A stretch of DNA of 64,000 nucleotides from Bacilli bacterium (GTDB taxonomy: Bacteria; Bacillota_I; Bacilli_A; RF39; UBA660), in contig JAUVZX010000004.1 of assembly GCA_030602345.1 (NCBI GenBank), positions 202-64,201 on the forward strand. The letters run 5' to 3'. Below are positions 61,346 through 64,000 of this stretch, in pieces. Under the pieces are notes generated by a model that saw nothing but the letters and a program-made list of their open reading frames with translations, was not told the origin of the DNA and made no database searches. Both the position numbers and the translations under genes were made by a program. Positions within the stretch are counted from its first letter, which is position 1. Each line of letters begins with the position of its first letter.

Positions 61346-61410
61346 GACAATACAACGTATGAATAGCTGCTCATGTGTTCATGTGAGGTATTTTAAAAGG
61401 AGGTGATAAT

Positions 61411-61779
61411 GTGACTCAAAAGTTTAATTCAATTGAAAGATGTGACTACAGTGTAATTCATGAGGATATTGTAAATCAGGTTAGAGATAGAATGCCCCAA
61501 GAAGAAAACCTTTATGATTTAGCAGAATTATTTAAAGTATTTGGGGATTCAACACGAATCAGGATACTATGGGCTTTAAATGAATCTGAAATGTGTGTTT
61601 GTGATATCGCTGTATTACTTGATATGACACAATCAGCAATTTCCCATCAGCTGAGAGTTTTAAAGCAAACTAATTTAGTGAAAAATAGAAGAGAAGGCAA
61701 AGTAGTATATTATTCCTTAGTTGATGATCATGTAAGAAAAATATTTGATCAAGGTCTAATTCATATCAACGAGGAGTAG
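61411..61779 (+). CDS. ArsR/SmtB-family metal-sensing repressor (CadC-like)
   Basis: LAELFKVFGDSTRIRILWAL..EMCVCDIAVLLDMTQSAISHQLRVLKQTNLV; GTG start with AGGAGG RBS. Confidence 0.85.
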   Translation: MTQKFNSIERCDYSVIHEDIVNQVRDRMPQEENLYDLAELFKVFGDSTRIRILWALNESEMCVCDIAVLLDMTQSAISHQLRVLKQTNLVKNRREGKVVYYSLVDDHVRKIFDQGLIHINEE

Positions 61780-61920
61780 TAATGCCGTAGAATAAAATAT
61801 TTTTGAAGATATATTGACATATATAAGTATTCAAATTAGATGAACAATGCTTCAAAAAAGTTTAAAAAAGACTTGTAGTATACAAAACAAAATTATAAAT
61901 AATATTTAGGAGGACTTAAA

Positions 61921-62142
61921 ATGAAAAAGAAGTTTATACTTAATGGTTTAGAGTGTGCAAATTGTGCAGCAAAAATTGAACATGCAGTAAATAAGCTTGA
62001 TGGTGTGAAGGAAGCAACAGTTAACTTTATGACTCAAAAGCTTGTTATTGAGGGTGAAGATGAGAAGATGCCTACAATTATGCAAGAGGCAGAAAAAATC
62101 GTAAAGAAAATTGAACCTGGCACTGTTATGAAAAAAGCTTAA
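61921..62142 (+). CDS. heavy-metal-associated (HMA) domain metallochaperone
   Basis: 73 aa. LNGLECANCAAKIEHAVNKLDGV (CxxC ferredoxin-like fold). Confidence 0.8.
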   Translation: MKKKFILNGLECANCAAKIEHAVNKLDGVKEATVNFMTQKLVIEGEDEKMPTIMQEAEKIVKKIEPGTVMKKA

Positions 62143-62155
62143 AGGGAGTGTGAAA

Positions 62156-64000
62156 ATGAATAAACGTCTTTGGAGAATAATCATTGGTGCAATATTATTT
62201 ATTGTGGCCATAGTAATTGATGTAAATATTGAATGGTTAAATATTGCTCTATATCTAATCAGCTACATAATTGTAGGTGGAGATATAGTTATGAAAGCAG
62301 TTAAAAATATTTTTAGAGGTAAAGTTTTTGACGAAAACTTTTTAATGTCTATTGCTACGATTGGTGCAATGTTAATCGGTGAGTATCCAGAAGGTATTGC
62401 AGTTATGCTGTTTTATCAAGTTGGTGAACTATTTCAAAGTTACGCAGTTGATAAGTCAAGAAGATCAATTGCCGAGGCTATGGATATACGGCCAGATTAT
62501 GCCAATGTTAAAAAGAACGATGAAGTTATAAAAGTTGACCCTGATGAAGTACAAATAGGTGATATAATTGTAATTAAACCAGGAGAAAGAGTTCCTCTTG
62601 ATGGTAAAGTAATTGAGGGAAATTCAACGGTTGATACATCAGCACTTACAGGTGAGTCTGTTCCGCGTGAGGTAGAAGTAGGGCATGAAATTCTAAGTGG
62701 ATGCATCAACATTAATGGAGTTATTACTGCAGAAGTTACAAAGGAATATGGAGAATCTACTGTAAGTAAGATTCTTGATTTAGTTGAAAATGCAAGTAGT
62801 AAAAAATCTCAGTCAGAACAATTCATTACAAAATTTGCAAGATATTATACTCCAATTGTTGTAATTATTGCAGTTTTCCTTGCTACTATTCCGCCTCTTG
62901 TTATAGATGGGGCAACCTTTAGCGACTGGATATACAGAGCATTAACATTCCTAGTAGTTTCTTGTCCATGTGCTCTTGTAGTCTCTATTCCTTTAAGTTT
63001 CTTCGGTGGAATAGGTGGAGCATCTAGAAAAGGTATTTTAGTCAAAGGTAGTAATTATTTAGAGGCATTAGCAGAAGCTGAAATAATCGTATTTGACAAA
63101 ACGGGAACACTTACAAAGGGTGTATTTAATGTACAGGAAATTCATCCAGAAGGAATTACTAAGGAAGAGTTATTAGAGTTAACTTCATATGCAGAAAGTT
63201 ACTCAAACCATCCAATTTCTAATTCCTTAAAACAAGCATATGGCAAGGAAATTGACAATGGACGCATTTCGGATGTAGAAGAGATTTCAGGTCATGGCGT
63301 TATTGCAGCGGTTGATGGGAAAAAGGTTGCAGCAGGAAATATAAAACTTATGAAAAAGTTAAATATACCTTGCTATGAAGGTGAAGCTGTTGGAACTGTT
63401 GTACACGTAGGAATTGATGACAAGTATGCAGGTTACATCGTTATTGCAGATGAAGTTAAAGAAGATTCAGCACGGGCAATTAAGGAACTTAAGGAAGCTA
63501 AAATTAAGCAAACTGTTATGCTAACAGGTGATACAAAAAATGTTGCATCAAAGGTTGCCAAGCAGCTTGGATTAGATAAGGTATACTCCGAGTTACTACC
63601 AGGAGATAAGGTTGAAAAGGTAGAGGAATTATTAGCACAGAAATCTGCAAAGGGTAAGCTTGCCTTTGTAGGTGACGGAATCAATGATGCTCCTGTTTTA
63701 GCCCGTGCAGATATTGGTATAGCAATGGGTGGTTTAGGTTCTGATGCCGCAATTGAAGCTGCGGATGTTGTAATTATGACCGACGAACCTTCAAAAATTG
63801 CCACAGCAATAAAAGTTTCTAAGAAAACATTAAGAATTGCTCGTCAAAACACAGTATTTTCAATTGGAATAAAAATAATTGTTCTTATTTTGAGTGCTTT
63901 TGGAATAGCTACTATGTGGGCAGCTATATTTGCAGATGTAGGTGTAACTATTATCGCAGTATTAAATGCTTTTAGGGCACTTAATGTTAAAAATCTGTAG
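62156..64000 (+). CDS. P1B-type heavy-metal (Cd/Zn/Co-type) translocating ATPase
   Basis: Start ATG 62156 (AGGGAG RBS). TGES, CPCALVVS, DKTGTLT, SNHPIS, GDGINDAP. TAG stop at 63998-64000. No fused N-terminal HMA domain. Confidence 0.88.
   Translation: MNKRLWRIIIGAILFIVAIVIDVNIEWLNIALYLISYIIVGGDIVMKAVKNIFRGKVFDENFLMSIATIGAMLIGEYPEGIAVMLFYQVGELFQSYAVDKSRRSIAEAMDIRPDYANVKKNDEVIKVDPDEVQIGDIIVIKPGERVPLDGKVIEGNSTVDTSALTGESVPREVEVGHEILSGCININGVITAEVTKEYGESTVSKILDLVENASSKKSQSEQFITKFARYYTPIVVIIAVFLATIPPLVIDGATFSDWIYRALTFLVVSCPCALVVSIPLSFFGGIGGASRKGILVKGSNYLEALAEAEIIVFDKTGTLTKGVFNVQEIHPEGITKEELLELTSYAESYSNHPISNSLKQAYGKEIDNGRISDVEEISGHGVIAAVDGKKVAAGNIKLMKKLNIPCYEGEAVGTVVHVGIDDKYAGYIVIADEVKEDSARAIKELKEAKIKQTVMLTGDTKNVASKVAKQLGLDKVYSELLPGDKVEKVEELLAQKSAKGKLAFVGDGINDAPVLARADIGIAMGGLGSDAAIEAADVVIMTDEPSKIATAIKVSKKTLRIARQNTVFSIGIKIIVLILSAFGIATMWAAIFADVGVTIIAVLNAFRALNVKNL

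Noticed and set aside
62497-63804. Minus-strand ORFs inside the P-type ATPase gene (62497..62712, 62845..63045, 63433..63804), and similar antisense ORFs elsewhere (3558..3845, 6183..6446, 8296..8556, 9392..9631, 33269..33520, 33972..34277, 57274..57959, 58765..59013).
   Set aside because: All lie antisense within CDSs that carry strong family motifs. They have no RBS or independent motif support.

Overview
AT-rich, low-GC Firmicutes/Mollicutes-related chromosome segment. It uses the standard genetic code: TGA is a real stop at several ATGA-overlapped gene junctions (6063-6066, 21505-21508, 40580-40583).

The left 24 kb (298-23847) looks accessory and is the most unusual part. It holds two paralogous modules with these components:
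- SipW-type (ER/archaeal-type) signal peptidase genes, each paired with a catalytically degenerate SipW paralog.
- About eight TasA/camelysin-like secreted proteins with SipW-cognate-looking N-termini.
- A 2840-aa glycine-rich, beta-helix-repeat giant surface protein.
- A membrane-anchored McrB-family AAA+ GTPase and a nuclease-less McrC-N/DUF2357-like partner, translationally coupled inside the same operon.

The region is bracketed by two SH3b+Ig-like paralogs and abuts a SinR-like XRE regulator.

The remaining 40 kb is mostly housekeeping:
- metK behind a SAM-I riboswitch.
- A 12-gene tRNA cluster plus a lone tRNA-Ala.
- gatCAB, archaeal-type proS, and asnS behind a T-box.
- rluB, a rumA-like methyltransferase, a NfeD-SPFH operon and an LtaS-like gene.

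Notable extras in that stretch:
- A disrupted pdp pseudogene.
- A SIR2-like protein lacking the catalytic His.
- A DUF1295-DUF2177-heliorhodopsin-class II photolyase light cluster.
- An intact IS3-family element inserted into a palindromic intergenic hairpin.
- A visibly GC-richer ArsR-HMA-P1B-ATPase metal cassette after rumA, running to the right edge.

All calls come from reading the sequence and ORF track. No database search was possible.
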